From Candidatus Nealsonbacteria bacterium (GTDB lineage Bacteria; Patescibacteriota; Minisyncoccia; Minisyncoccales; JANBVM01): a stretch of 64,000 nt of DNA. The position numbers were made by a program, and so were the translations under genes. Each line of letters opens with the position of its first letter. Within the stretch, counting starts at the first letter, position 1. The stretch covers positions 128,776 through 192,775 of the forward strand of contig CP179889.1 of assembly GCA_047456315.1 (NCBI GenBank), in the 5' to 3' direction. The notes beneath the pieces were generated by a model that was not told the origin of the DNA, made no database searches, and was given only the letters and a program-made list of their open reading frames with translations. Below are positions 17,036-26,699 of this stretch, in pieces.

Positions 17036-18109
17036 ATGTCTAAAACACTAGATAAGACTTTTAAATGTTTGAAAGCAGGATGGAAGAAATCTTCAAAGCC
17101 GCTTGTGGTGGCGGTTGTTTTGATTCTATTGGTTTTTATTACTGCCTCTAGAAAAAGCAAGGATGTTATTTTTTTACCAACAGATTTACCTGAAACTGCC
17201 AGTGCAGTGCAGGCTTTTCTTGGGGCTAACCAAAAACCCAAACCAGAGCTTCCAGAATTCATTACTATCAACAATAACAGCTTTAGGTCTACTAGCCCTC
17301 CTTACGTAATAACGCCTAAAGTATTAGGCGCTTTAGTAGGGGGTCTGGATATTGATGATATTCAGAGAACAGAAATTACTGAATATATTGTTGAAGATGG
17401 CGATACTCTATGGGTAATAGCAAACAGTTTTGACATTTCTTTGGAAACTTTAATGTGGGCCAATGAGTTAACTCACACCGTTTTAGTAAGGCCTGGCCAG
17501 AAACTAATTATTCCCCCTGTAACAGGTGTTATTCATCACGTAAAAGCAGGAGACACAATAAGTGAGATTGCGGGAACATACAAAGTTAAAACAGAAGAAA
17601 TAGTTTCCTTTAACGGATTGTCGTCTGAGGTTGATATTCTTATTGGTGATATTTTAATTATTCCTAATGGAAAAATGCCTGTTTCAACCCAATATGCTCG
17701 CACCTGGATACCTTTAAGCAAGAGCTATTTTATGTGCCCTATCTCTTCTCCCTGCAGAATCACCCAAGGCCTTCATTGGTATAATGCTATTGATTTCAGC
17801 CATGGTAAGTGCGGAGATTCAATCTATGCTGCTGCAGGAGGACAGGTTTTAAGGGTGAATTTAACACAATCTACTTCCCGTTGGGCTTTTTCTGGAGCAG
17901 GAAATCATATAACAATTCTACATCCTAATGGCGTTGTGACAATGTATGGACATATTTCCACTAGTTTTGTAAGTCCAGGAGATCCAGTTTATCAGGGCCA
18001 GACCATTGCTTTAATGGGCGGTATGCCAGGAACACCAGGCGCTGGTATGTCTACTGGATGCCATGTTCACTTTAGTGTCCGAGGAGCCAGTAATCCATTC
18101 AGATATTAA
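17036..18109 (+). CDS. LysM-domain M23 family metallopeptidase
   Basis: An N-terminal TM segment, two LysM repeats ('YIVEDGDTLWVIANSF..', 'HHVKAGDTISEIAGTY..') and an M23 core ('HWYNAIDFS', 'GNHITILHPNGVVTMYGH', 'GCHVHF'). Confidence 0.88.
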   Translation: MSKTLDKTFKCLKAGWKKSSKPLVVAVVLILLVFITASRKSKDVIFLPTDLPETASAVQAFLGANQKPKPELPEFITINNNSFRSTSPPYVITPKVLGALVGGLDIDDIQRTEITEYIVEDGDTLWVIANSFDISLETLMWANELTHTVLVRPGQKLIIPPVTGVIHHVKAGDTISEIAGTYKVKTEEIVSFNGLSSEVDILIGDILIIPNGKMPVSTQYARTWIPLSKSYFMCPISSPCRITQGLHWYNAIDFSHGKCGDSIYAAAGGQVLRVNLTQSTSRWAFSGAGNHITILHPNGVVTMYGHISTSFVSPGDPVYQGQTIALMGGMPGTPGAGMSTGCHVHFSVRGASNPFRY

Positions 18110-18133
18110 AGATTCATTCTATACATATATATT

Positions 18134-18165
18134 AAAACCTCTACAAATATATTGTAGAGGTTTTT
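18134..18165. terminator. Bidirectional rho-independent terminator
   Basis: CCTCTACAA-atata-TTGTAGAGG with flanking A-run and T-run, between convergent genes. Confidence 0.7.
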
Positions 18166-18206
18166 CTAAAAACAAAACAATCACCCTATTATTGAGTAGC
18201 TATAGT

Positions 18207-18572
18207 TTATTTACACTTTATACAGAGCCTTGCTTCTGGATAAACTTTTAGCCTGTCAGCAGGAATTGGTTTTTTGCATTTTTCACAAATTCCATAAGCG
18301 TTTCTTTTTATGTTTTCCAGAGCATTATTGATGTTTTGAAGTCGAATTTCTAAATTATGTTCTATTGGTAAAAGACTGCTGTATTCTTCAACTGCATCAG
18401 CTGCAGTTTCCAGAGCCGAACCACCAGAACCACCATTCCATTTAGGAAATCTGGTGTCCCAGTCACCTTTTACATTTTTATCCTTGTCAGCAAAAGTTTT
18501 AAGCTGTTTTTCAATCTGTTTTTTCTCTTTTTCTAATCTTTCTTTAAATTGTTCAATAGTTTTTTTATCCAT
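18207..18572 (-). CDS. DksA/TraR-family C4 zinc-finger protein
   Basis: 121 aa with a C-terminal 'CEKCKKPIPADRLKVYPEARLCIKC' motif. Confidence 0.8.
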   Translation of the reverse strand: MDKKTIEQFKERLEKEKKQIEKQLKTFADKDKNVKGDWDTRFPKWNGGSGGSALETAADAVEEYSSLLPIEHNLEIRLQNINNALENIKRNAYGICEKCKKPIPADRLKVYPEARLCIKCK

Positions 18573-18585
18573 AATGTTAAATTAT

Positions 18586-21018
18586 TTATTCTGATAAACC
18601 TTGCTTTAATTGATTGATTTTTTCATAAGCACTGATAATAGTTGTTTCTAAAATCTGTTTTTGCTCTACTGCTATAAAGAATTCGTCCAAAGCGCTTTCA
18701 ACAGAGCTTCTCCAGCCAGAAAAAATTAATATATCAACTCCAGCTAAGACTGGTTTAGTTACTATCTGGTTCAAGGTAAAATTATCAAGCAAAGAATTCT
18801 GGCTTAAGTCATCAGAAATAATTAAAATATTAGAACCCAGCTCATTTTTCAAAAACTCAATGCTGGTTGAAGAAAATGAAAAGGGCAGAGCTGAATCAAT
18901 ATCTTGATAAATAGCATTTGAAACCATAACCATTTCAGGATTTACTTCAATCGCTTTTTTAAACTGTGATGTTTCTGGTAAATTAGTGGTTGCTAATTTA
19001 TCTTCTGGATTAAAATCAATACCAACATATCCTGGGAAATGCTTGATGGCGGTTAAAATACCAGTTTCTTTTTGCCCTTTGATAAGTGATTTAGCCAGCT
19101 CTTCTGATAAACTAAGAGTTTTTTGAAATGAACGTTCATAAATGAAATCACTGCTCTGAGCGTTATCTAAAACAGGTGATAAATTAAGATTCACTCCTAA
19201 TTCTTTTAATTCTTCACCTCTTTTCAGTCCCACTGCATAAGCATAATTAGCAGTAGATATTTCCGATTGAGCAGTTTTTTCTGTTAGAAATTCTATTCTT
19301 GAAACTGAACCGCCTTCCTGATCAACAGCAATTAAAAGAGGCAGTCCGGTTTCTTTTTTTGAAAGATTCTGAAGATTAGTGATCAAGGTTTTTAACTGTT
19401 GTTGATTTTCAATATTTTTTGAAAGAAGAAGCACTCCTCCTGGCTTGTATTTTTTTATGAACTGCTCAAGCTGGAAACTTAGCGTTTTTCCTTCAAATCC
19501 AACAATAAACATCTGGCCAGCCTTGTTTTTCAAATCAATAATTACAGCTTTTTCTTTTACTGCCTTTATGCTTTCTTCTATACTTTTGAAAGATGTGCTT
19601 AAAAGAAAATAATCATCCATTAAACTGTAGCAAATTCCCAAATCATTCATTGAAAGCGTTAAGAAGCGAAATGGGGTATTTTCAAAAGAATAATCTCTAA
19701 ATCTAGTGGACAAAGTGGTCACTTTATTTCCAGAAACTAAAAGTCCGTTTGTGATTATGTCATTTTCCCAGGACAGAAGAGATGAATTTAATTTTTCTTT
19801 ATCTTTTATTTCAGCAATAATAACACCTCTTTTGCCGTGTTCCTGGGGATAAACTAATAAATTAAAGGTGTCTATCTTTAAGCTCTCTAAAACATCAGCA
19901 GGTATTGTTATTTGAAAGCTTTCGGTAACTTCAGTAAGAGTCATTATTCTCTTTTCTTGTTCATTTTTAATAACAATACGCACAAATTCATTATTTTCTA
20001 AAACTTTCGTTATTATTTGATTGTAAATATTATTTATACTATTGGTATCCGTAGCATTAAAAGTAAGGATATCTTTAACAATAATTAAAGAATCAGGAAT
20101 AACAATTTCCGGCTCTTCAACAATTTCTTCTGGAGATTCTTGCTCCTCTTCAATGGAATCCTCTTCTTTAATGGCTAATTGCTCTCTTTGAGCAAAGAAC
20201 CAATAAGCAAAACCTATAACTAAACTAACAAGAATAACAATAATAACTCTTACAAAGATTTTTTTCAATGGAGATGGCCTTATAGGTGGCTTGGGAGTAA
20301 ACAATTCTTCTTTAGTTGGTTCTGGTTTAGCCCTTGGTTTTGGTTCCGGCATGATCCCTGGTTTTTTTGGTTCAGTTTGCAGTCCAACAATTCTTTCTCT
20401 TTCTTTTTTAACTTCAAACTCTCTTAAACTTTTAATGTCTTTTTTCATTGTTCGTATTTCTTCTCTTTTCAAGCGCTCTAATTTTTCTTCTTCTGGTTTA
20501 GGAGCTACAGGTTTCTCAAGAGAAGGTTCCTCTTTTTTTTCAAACGTTGGTCCCTGTGGTTTTGGCTCAGGCGCCGCTTCTTTTGGGCTTGGTTTTTCTT
20601 GTAAAGCTTGTGTTAATTCTTCTTTTGCTCGCTGTGCTGATACTGGCGGTGTTGGTTCTAGTTTTGGTTTTGGTTCCAGTGTCGGCTTTGGTTCTGGTTC
20701 TGGTGTCGGTTCTGGTGCTGGTTCTGGTTCTGGTATTGGCTCTGGTGCTGGCTCTAGTTTAGGTTTTAGCTCTGGCTCTGGTGGCACTGGAACCTCTTCT
20801 TTTTTAATTGGTTCAGGAGAAATTTGTTCTATTGGTTTTACTTCTGGTTTTGGCTCAGGCGCCTGTTTTTCTTCTTGCTCAGAAAGGCTGCTAGTTTCAT
20901 CTAGACGAGTTCTCCTCAATCTTTCCTGAGCTCTCTCTAAAGGAGTTTTAATTTTTGTTTTAAGAAGTTTTAATTCGTTTTCTTCTTTTTCCTTATTTTC
21001 TTCTACGTGGTTCACCAT
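18586..21018 (-). CDS. Membrane-anchored glycoside hydrolase family 3 (NagZ-like) with Pro/Glu/Lys-rich N-terminal region
   Basis: 810 aa. PEP/PKP low-complexity tract, one TM ('IIVILVSLVIGFAYWFF'), a middle domain, and a C-terminal GH3 module with 'LIAVDQEGGSVSRI' and 'KHFPGYVG'. Confidence 0.75.
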   Translation of the reverse strand: MVNHVEENKEKEENELKLLKTKIKTPLERAQERLRRTRLDETSSLSEQEEKQAPEPKPEVKPIEQISPEPIKKEEVPVPPEPELKPKLEPAPEPIPEPEPAPEPTPEPEPKPTLEPKPKLEPTPPVSAQRAKEELTQALQEKPSPKEAAPEPKPQGPTFEKKEEPSLEKPVAPKPEEEKLERLKREEIRTMKKDIKSLREFEVKKERERIVGLQTEPKKPGIMPEPKPRAKPEPTKEELFTPKPPIRPSPLKKIFVRVIIVILVSLVIGFAYWFFAQREQLAIKEEDSIEEEQESPEEIVEEPEIVIPDSLIIVKDILTFNATDTNSINNIYNQIITKVLENNEFVRIVIKNEQEKRIMTLTEVTESFQITIPADVLESLKIDTFNLLVYPQEHGKRGVIIAEIKDKEKLNSSLLSWENDIITNGLLVSGNKVTTLSTRFRDYSFENTPFRFLTLSMNDLGICYSLMDDYFLLSTSFKSIEESIKAVKEKAVIIDLKNKAGQMFIVGFEGKTLSFQLEQFIKKYKPGGVLLLSKNIENQQQLKTLITNLQNLSKKETGLPLLIAVDQEGGSVSRIEFLTEKTAQSEISTANYAYAVGLKRGEELKELGVNLNLSPVLDNAQSSDFIYERSFQKTLSLSEELAKSLIKGQKETGILTAIKHFPGYVGIDFNPEDKLATTNLPETSQFKKAIEVNPEMVMVSNAIYQDIDSALPFSFSSTSIEFLKNELGSNILIISDDLSQNSLLDNFTLNQIVTKPVLAGVDILIFSGWRSSVESALDEFFIAVEQKQILETTIISAYEKINQLKQGLSE

Positions 21019-23128
21019 ATTTTTTGTTTTGATTTAAAGATAAATCTATTCTTCCTTGCTGGTCAATAGAAATTATCTTTACTTCTACTGCGTCTCCTAT
21101 TTTAACAATATCTGTAACCTTTTCCACTCTGTAAGGCGCTAGTTTTGAAATATGAATCAAGCCTTCTTGACCAGGAAGAATTTCAACAAAAGCTCCAAAA
21201 GTCAATATTCTTGTTACTTTGCCTTGAAAAATCTGACCCACTTTAACTTCTCTTGTAATGTCTTTAATCCAGTCAACAGCTTTTTTTGCAGCATCTTCTT
21301 TCTCTGCAGTAATAAAAACCTTGCCTGAATCTTCAATATCAATAGAAACACTGCACTCTTCAATTATTTCATTTATTATTTTTCCGCCTGGCCCAATAAC
21401 CTTGCCAATCTTTTCTGGGTCAATTTGAAGAACTAAAATTCTTGGAGCATAAGAAGATAGCTTTGATCTTGGTTTTTCTATAGTTTTTTTCATTTCATTT
21501 AATATCTCAATCCTTGATTTTTTTGCTTCTTCCAGTGATTCTTTTAATATTTTTTCTGTAATTCCCCCAATTTTAATGTCCATCTGGATTGCTGTCGCTC
21601 CTTTTTTTGTTCCTGCTAATTTAAAATCCATATCACCATTGTGATCTTCAGGACCCTGAATATCGGTTAAAATCTTGTAATTAGTTTGGTTATTTGGGAA
21701 CTTTACTCCAGGTTCAATAACTAAACCTATGGAAATCCCAGCCACAGGAGTTTTTATTGGAACACCTGCATCCATTAATGCTAAAGAAGAACTGCAGACA
21801 GAAGCCATGCTTGTTGAACCATTAGAAGATAATATTTCTGAAACAATTCTTATTGTATAAGGAAATTCATCAGAGGAAGGAATTAAAGGAGCCAGTGATT
21901 TTTCAGCTAAAATACCATGGCCAATTTCTCTTCTGCCTGGTCCTCTGATGGGCCTTGTTTCTCCTACTGAATAAGGAGGGAAGTTATAATGATGCATAAA
22001 ACGTTTTTTTCCAACAACTTCCATTCCCTCTAAAAGCTGAACATCTCCTGGAGCTCCCAGAGTAAGGATTGACAGAGATTTTGTTTGCCCTCTTGAAAAC
22101 ATACTAGAGCCATGCGTTCTTGGGATAAGCCCCACTTTAGAGTCAAGTTTTCGTATTTCGTTTAACTTTCTTCCATCAATCCTTTCCCCTTTTTCTAATA
22201 TATTAGTTCTAACAATTTTTTTAATTTGTTTATCAAAAAATTCAATAGCGCGGTTGATCTTTTCCGGATAATTATCTTTTGCAAAAACAATCACCTGTTC
22301 TTTTAACTGGTTGATTTCATGTTTTCTTAACTTTTTATCTTTCTGAAAAAGTGCTTTTTCCAGCTTATCTTTTAAAATCTTATTGATTTCATTTTCCAGT
22401 TCAGTTTCTTTGACGGGTTCTGGTATTACGATTTTTTCTTTTCCTGTTTTTTGAATAATTTTATTTTCAAAATCAATTATTTTTTTAAGATGAAGTTCTG
22501 CAAACTTATATGCATCCAAAATTAAAGAATCTTCTATTTCGTTGAAGCTTCCTTCTATCATGTTAACTAAAACCTTTTTTTCTTTTTCTACTGCAGAAAA
22601 AACAAGATTCATATCGCTTTCCTTAAGTTGCTCATAGGTTGGATTTAAGGTAAACTTATTTTCTATTCTTCCAACTCTTACTGCTGCCAAAGGTCCTTGC
22701 CATGGAATATCAGATATTGAAAGAGCCAAGGACGCTCCTAAAAGACCTAAAATATCAGGGTCATTTTCTGCATCCCATGAAAGAATAGTTGTTATAACCT
22801 GGACATCTCTTTTTATCTTTTTATCAAACAAAGGCCTGATAGCTCTATCAATTAATCTGGAATTGCAAATTGCTTCATCTGTGGGTCTGCCCTCTCTTTT
22901 AATATATCTTGGACCTTTAATCTTGCCAGCGGCATAGAATTTTTCCTCATAGTTAACACTAAGAGGAAAGTAATCAAGATGGGTTTCTCTGCTTGATATT
23001 ACTGCTGTTGCCAAGACCATTGTCTCTCCATACTGAACAAAAACAGAACCATTACTTTGTTCTGCTAAGTCTGTAATTTCAACTATTAAATTTCTTTTAG
23101 CAATTTCTAATTTTAATTTTTCAGCCAC
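20993..23128 (-). CDS. pnp: Polyribonucleotide nucleotidyltransferase (PNPase)
   Basis: 711 aa with two RNase PH domains, KH and a C-terminal S1 ('GQIFQGKVTRILTFGAFVEILPGQEGLIHISKL'). Located downstream of rpsO. Confidence 0.95.
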   Translation of the reverse strand: MAEKLKLEIAKRNLIVEITDLAEQSNGSVFVQYGETMVLATAVISSRETHLDYFPLSVNYEEKFYAAGKIKGPRYIKREGRPTDEAICNSRLIDRAIRPLFDKKIKRDVQVITTILSWDAENDPDILGLLGASLALSISDIPWQGPLAAVRVGRIENKFTLNPTYEQLKESDMNLVFSAVEKEKKVLVNMIEGSFNEIEDSLILDAYKFAELHLKKIIDFENKIIQKTGKEKIVIPEPVKETELENEINKILKDKLEKALFQKDKKLRKHEINQLKEQVIVFAKDNYPEKINRAIEFFDKQIKKIVRTNILEKGERIDGRKLNEIRKLDSKVGLIPRTHGSSMFSRGQTKSLSILTLGAPGDVQLLEGMEVVGKKRFMHHYNFPPYSVGETRPIRGPGRREIGHGILAEKSLAPLIPSSDEFPYTIRIVSEILSSNGSTSMASVCSSSLALMDAGVPIKTPVAGISIGLVIEPGVKFPNNQTNYKILTDIQGPEDHNGDMDFKLAGTKKGATAIQMDIKIGGITEKILKESLEEAKKSRIEILNEMKKTIEKPRSKLSSYAPRILVLQIDPEKIGKVIGPGGKIINEIIEECSVSIDIEDSGKVFITAEKEDAAKKAVDWIKDITREVKVGQIFQGKVTRILTFGAFVEILPGQEGLIHISKLAPYRVEKVTDIVKIGDAVEVKIISIDQQGRIDLSLNQNKKYGEPRRRK

Positions 23129-23148
23129 AAAATTATTCTCATTAACTA

Positions 23149-23652
23149 TTACTTTTTCAAAAGGTATTTTCTTGGATTTTTATCTATGTCAATGAATTCA
23201 TCAGCTCCTTTTTTAAGCATTAAAGAGGCTGATCTTCCAAAAGCAATAACCTCAACTCTTTTTCCTCTGTGTTTAAGGTATTCAATTAACTGAAGAAAAT
23301 CACCATCTCCTGATGCTAAAACAATAGTGTCAACATTTGGTGATATTCTAATAGCGTCAACAGCAATACCTACATCCCAGTCAGCCTTTTTTGCTCCGCC
23401 GTAGAACTCCTGCAGTTCACGTACCCTGGTTTCAATACCAATCTTTGTTAAAGCTTCAAAAAAAGGCTTTTCCTCTCCAGTTTTTGTGCTGACCACATAA
23501 GCAAAAGCCCTTATCAGATTTCTTTTACTAACAGCTGTTTTTAAAATTTCATTAAAGTTAACCCGTGCGCTGTGAAGGTTTTTGGCAGAATGATAAAGAT
23601 TTTGAACATCAATCAGGAGCGCTACTCTTTGACTAACATGCTTCATTGTCAT
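23149..23652 (-). CDS. NYN-domain (LabA/DUF88-like) protein
   Basis: 167 aa with 'VALLIDVQNLYHSA' and 'IVLASGDGDFLQLIEYLKHRGKRVEVIAF'. Confidence 0.75.
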   Translation of the reverse strand: MTMKHVSQRVALLIDVQNLYHSAKNLHSARVNFNEILKTAVSKRNLIRAFAYVVSTKTGEEKPFFEALTKIGIETRVRELQEFYGGAKKADWDVGIAVDAIRISPNVDTIVLASGDGDFLQLIEYLKHRGKRVEVIAFGRSASLMLKKGADEFIDIDKNPRKYLLKK

Positions 23653-23654
23653 AA

Positions 23655-23921
23655 TTACCTTTTGAGACCTACTTTTTTAATAATCGCATTGTATCTTCTA
23701 GTGCTTTCACCTTTCAAGAATTTCAAAAGCTTTCTTCTTTTTGAAACCATTTTCAATAAGCCCTTTTTTGAATGAATATCTTTGGGATGTTTTTTCAAGT
23801 GAGATAAAAGCTCTTTAATCTGTTCAGAAAGCAAAGCAATCTGGACTTCAGCAGATCCAGTATCTTGTTCGTGCTTTTTATACTCTTTTATAATTTTTTC
23901 TTTTTTCTTTGAAATTAACAT
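23655..23921 (-). CDS. rpsO: 30S ribosomal protein S15
   Basis: 88 aa with 'DTGSAEVQIALLSEQIKELLSHLKKHPKDIHSKKGLLKMVSKRRKLLKFL'. Confidence 0.93.
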   Translation of the reverse strand: MLISKKKEKIIKEYKKHEQDTGSAEVQIALLSEQIKELLSHLKKHPKDIHSKKGLLKMVSKRRKLLKFLKGESTRRYNAIIKKVGLKR

Positions 23922-23956
23922 ATTTTTAAACCATTTAACCTATACTAAAGAGGTTG

Positions 23957-24028
23957 TGTCCCCGGAGGGAATCGGACCCCCATGTCCTGCTTAGAAGGCA
24001 GGTGTTCTATCCGTTGAACTACGGGGAC
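23957..24028 (-). tRNA. tRNA-Arg (anticodon TCT)
   Basis: Hand-folded cloverleaf: acceptor GTCCCCG/CGGGGAC, anticodon arm CCTGC-CTTCTAA-GCAGG, T-loop TCCGATT. Confidence 0.9.
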
Positions 24029-24106
24029 TTTTAGAATAAAAGGATATCATTATTTTAGCTTAAAATCAAATAAAATCAAATTTTTTATCTTAAAGTTATA
24101 ATTTTA

Positions 24107-24409
24107 TTATCTGGCAAAAATATCTAAATATTGTTTGGTAGCAGTTTCTTCAAACCGTTCTTCTCTATCTTGCCAGGTTTCTAGGATTTTCTGATACATA
24201 TCTGATTTAAATTTTAACCCCACTTTTGCGCCTTCTACAGACTCTGACTGAGGTATGACACTGTATTTATAAAATATGAGAATGCCAAATATTAAAGAAA
24301 GCACAAAAAGCCCTAAAAAAGTAAGAAAGGCCTTTTCCGCCAGCTTTTTAGGCAGTTTTTTAATAAAAACCTTTATTTGTTTTGCTTTAATTGTTTTTGG
24401 TATTTTCAT
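24107..24409 (-). CDS. Small single-TM protein at the end of the type IV pilus operon
   Basis: 100 aa with one TM helix ('FLTFLGLFVLSLIFGILIFY'). Follows the pilO-like gene. Confidence 0.45.
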   Translation of the reverse strand: MKIPKTIKAKQIKVFIKKLPKKLAEKAFLTFLGLFVLSLIFGILIFYKYSVIPQSESVEGAKVGLKFKSDMYQKILETWQDREERFEETATKQYLDIFAR

Positions 24410-24420
24410 AGTTTGAAAGG

Positions 24421-24981
24421 TTAATTAGCAAAAGCCTTGACTGAAAAACTGGCCCTGGCGTCACCAACAGAATATGCTTCTAACTCTTTAGACCTTAGAG
24501 CGTCTGAAGTTAAACGAATTATATTGATATTCTCAATCTGGACTAAATAAGGGCCAGACTCTAATTTTTCAATTAACTTTAAGAGGTCAGGAAAACTGGA
24601 AACAGCGTTAACTTGGAAAATAATTGAATACCAGGGATCGCCTGGTTTTTTCGCTGGCTCAGAAGGAGAAATTCTAATAGAAACATTAGAAGCCTCTGAG
24701 ATATCTTCTAAAAAACCAATAAAATCAACAGGCGCCTCTGAATTAACAAATAGACTTTCACCTTTTTCTAAATTTGCTTTTATTTCCTTATAATCCTTTC
24801 GAAAATCTTCAATATTTTTCAGCTTGCTGTCAAGATAAAGAGAATCCTGTTTTTTAAAAGATAATTCTGTAGCATTTTCCTTAATATCTTTAAAAAGAGG
24901 ATAAATCAAAAAGATAATCATAAAAGCACTTAGAGCAAGGAAAATAACCAGTGATAATTTAACTTGATTTTTCAAGCTCAT
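24421..24981 (-). CDS. pilO: Type IV pilus assembly protein PilO-like
   Basis: 186 aa with an N-terminal TM, a coiled coil and a C-terminal domain. Overlaps the pilN stop by 4 nt. Confidence 0.6.
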   Translation of the reverse strand: MSLKNQVKLSLVIFLALSAFMIIFLIYPLFKDIKENATELSFKKQDSLYLDSKLKNIEDFRKDYKEIKANLEKGESLFVNSEAPVDFIGFLEDISEASNVSIRISPSEPAKKPGDPWYSIIFQVNAVSSFPDLLKLIEKLESGPYLVQIENINIIRLTSDALRSKELEAYSVGDARASFSVKAFAN

Positions 24982-25532
24982 TGGATCTCTTTGTTAAGTT
25001 TAAAATTAATACTAAAATCAAGATTCTCTGACTCTATCCAGCTCTCAGGGGCAACATAAATATCAGACAAACTTTGTTCATTTTTAAGATTTTCTTGAAA
25101 ACTTAATAATCTATCTCTGTCAGGACTAAGGCCGTGTATAGATATGCGTGGATTGTCTTTACTTGTTATTCTTGGAAGCGCAAAATCAAAACTTGTTAAA
25201 TAAACTTCACTGGGAATAAGCTCATCAGTAAGTTCTAAAAGCGGAGTTAGCTCTGTTATTTGTTGATAAAAAGAATCCAGCTCAGAAAGAAAGAAGTTTG
25301 ACTCTTTGATTTCTTTTTCCAGATCCTGGTTTAAAGAAAGCGTTTTTTCTTTTTCCAGTAGTAATATTTTTTCAGCTTCCAAATTCCATAAAGTGTAATT
25401 CTTTATTAAAAAAAGAATTAAAGATAAACAAATCAAAAAACAAATAAAAAGAGTGCCTAATATCAGAATTAGTCTGAAACGCTCTTCTTCAAAAAGTTTT
25501 TGTTTTTGCTCTTGTGGCAGTAAATTAATCAT
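24978..25532 (-). CDS. pilN: Type IV pilus assembly protein PilN
   Basis: 184 aa with an 'MINLLPQEQK' N-terminus followed by a TM helix. Confidence 0.75.
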   Translation of the reverse strand: MINLLPQEQKQKLFEEERFRLILILGTLFICFLICLSLILFLIKNYTLWNLEAEKILLLEKEKTLSLNQDLEKEIKESNFFLSELDSFYQQITELTPLLELTDELIPSEVYLTSFDFALPRITSKDNPRISIHGLSPDRDRLLSFQENLKNEQSLSDIYVAPESWIESENLDFSINFKLNKEIQ

Positions 25533-26662
25533 GCGCCATATTTATTATTTTCTTTTATTGCTCTTAGGGCTAGCCCTAATGCAGTGGCATACGCCAGGGA
25601 TTGTTCTTTTGTTAAACTTGCCTCACCCTCTTCTTTTATAATATTTATCCAAGGATTCCCAATTTCAACCGGCAGTTTAAGTTCCATTGAAAGTAATTCA
25701 GGGAGCCCTTTTAGATTGGAACCTCCTCCGCAAAGAATAATCTTTGAAACTTTTTTATTCTTTACTGGTAAATGTTTATGACCAGCATGGGTTTGATAAT
25801 ATTCCAAATGCTTTCTAATCTGCTGGGTTAAGTCAACTAAAACTGGAATAAGGGCTTCAAATATTTTTCTTTCCTCCTTTTTTATTGTCCCCTTGTTATT
25901 ATTTGCTTTGGTTTTTCCTATTAATCCATATTTAATTTTCAAACTTTCTGCTTTTTTTTGATTTATACCCAGGGCCTTCATAATAATTTCAGTGAAATGA
26001 TTTGAAGAAACTGAAATTGAGGAAGTGAACCTTAAAGAATGGCCCGAGAAAATAATGAAGCTGGTTCTTGTAGCCCCAAAATCAATTAAAAGAATAGGTG
26101 AGGTTGTCATTTCGTCTTTTATTAGAGTTCTGGCAATAGATAAGGATTCTATTTCCAGTGCAACAGGCTCCAGTCCTGCTAATTTCAAAGATGAAACATA
26201 AGGATTAACTGTTTGTTTTGGCAAGGCAGCAATTAAAATATCATAATGGCCCAGACGGTTTTCTAATGGCGATACAATCTGGAAATCCAGATAAACCTGT
26301 TCTAGAGCAGTGGGTATATAGTTTTCAGCTTCATAGGCTACAGCTGAACTTAAATCTTCTTCTGGAACTTTTGGCATCTGGATTACCTGAAGAAATGCTT
26401 TTTCCTCTGGCAAAGAAGCAATCACATATTTTGTTTTAATTTTCTCCCCCTTAACTTGCCTGATAGCTGTTTCAATTGTTCTGGCCAGCTTATTGTCGTC
26501 TATAATTTCTCCGTTTTTAATTATACCTGGCTCTATTCTTGTTTCTCCAAAAGAAACAAGCTCTAGTTCTCCTTCTCTTTTTTTAATTTGAGCAATCTTT
26601 AAAGACAAATCAGAGATGTCCAGTCCAAATACTTCCCGTTTGATACTAAAATATTCCAACAT
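25529..26662 (-). CDS. pilM: Type IV pilus assembly protein PilM (actin-like ATPase fold)
   Basis: 377 aa with 'FGLDISDLSLKIAQ', 'LIDFGATRTSF' and 'IILCGGGSNLKGL' motifs. Confidence 0.85.
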   Translation of the reverse strand: MLEYFSIKREVFGLDISDLSLKIAQIKKREGELELVSFGETRIEPGIIKNGEIIDDNKLARTIETAIRQVKGEKIKTKYVIASLPEEKAFLQVIQMPKVPEEDLSSAVAYEAENYIPTALEQVYLDFQIVSPLENRLGHYDILIAALPKQTVNPYVSSLKLAGLEPVALEIESLSIARTLIKDEMTTSPILLIDFGATRTSFIIFSGHSLRFTSSISVSSNHFTEIIMKALGINQKKAESLKIKYGLIGKTKANNNKGTIKKEERKIFEALIPVLVDLTQQIRKHLEYYQTHAGHKHLPVKNKKVSKIILCGGGSNLKGLPELLSMELKLPVEIGNPWINIIKEEGEASLTKEQSLAYATALGLALRAIKENNKYGA

Positions 26663-26699
26663 TTTTATTTTTTTATTTTTATTTAAATATTTTACATTT

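Noticed and set aside
20291-20929. Long plus-strand ORFs encoding Gly/Ser/Val/Leu-rich low-complexity proteins (20291..20929 and 20547..20762).
   Set aside because: They are the antisense shadow of the Pro/Glu/Lys-rich repeat region of the 810-aa GH3 gene. They have no independent start or RBS context, and their composition mirrors the sense strand.
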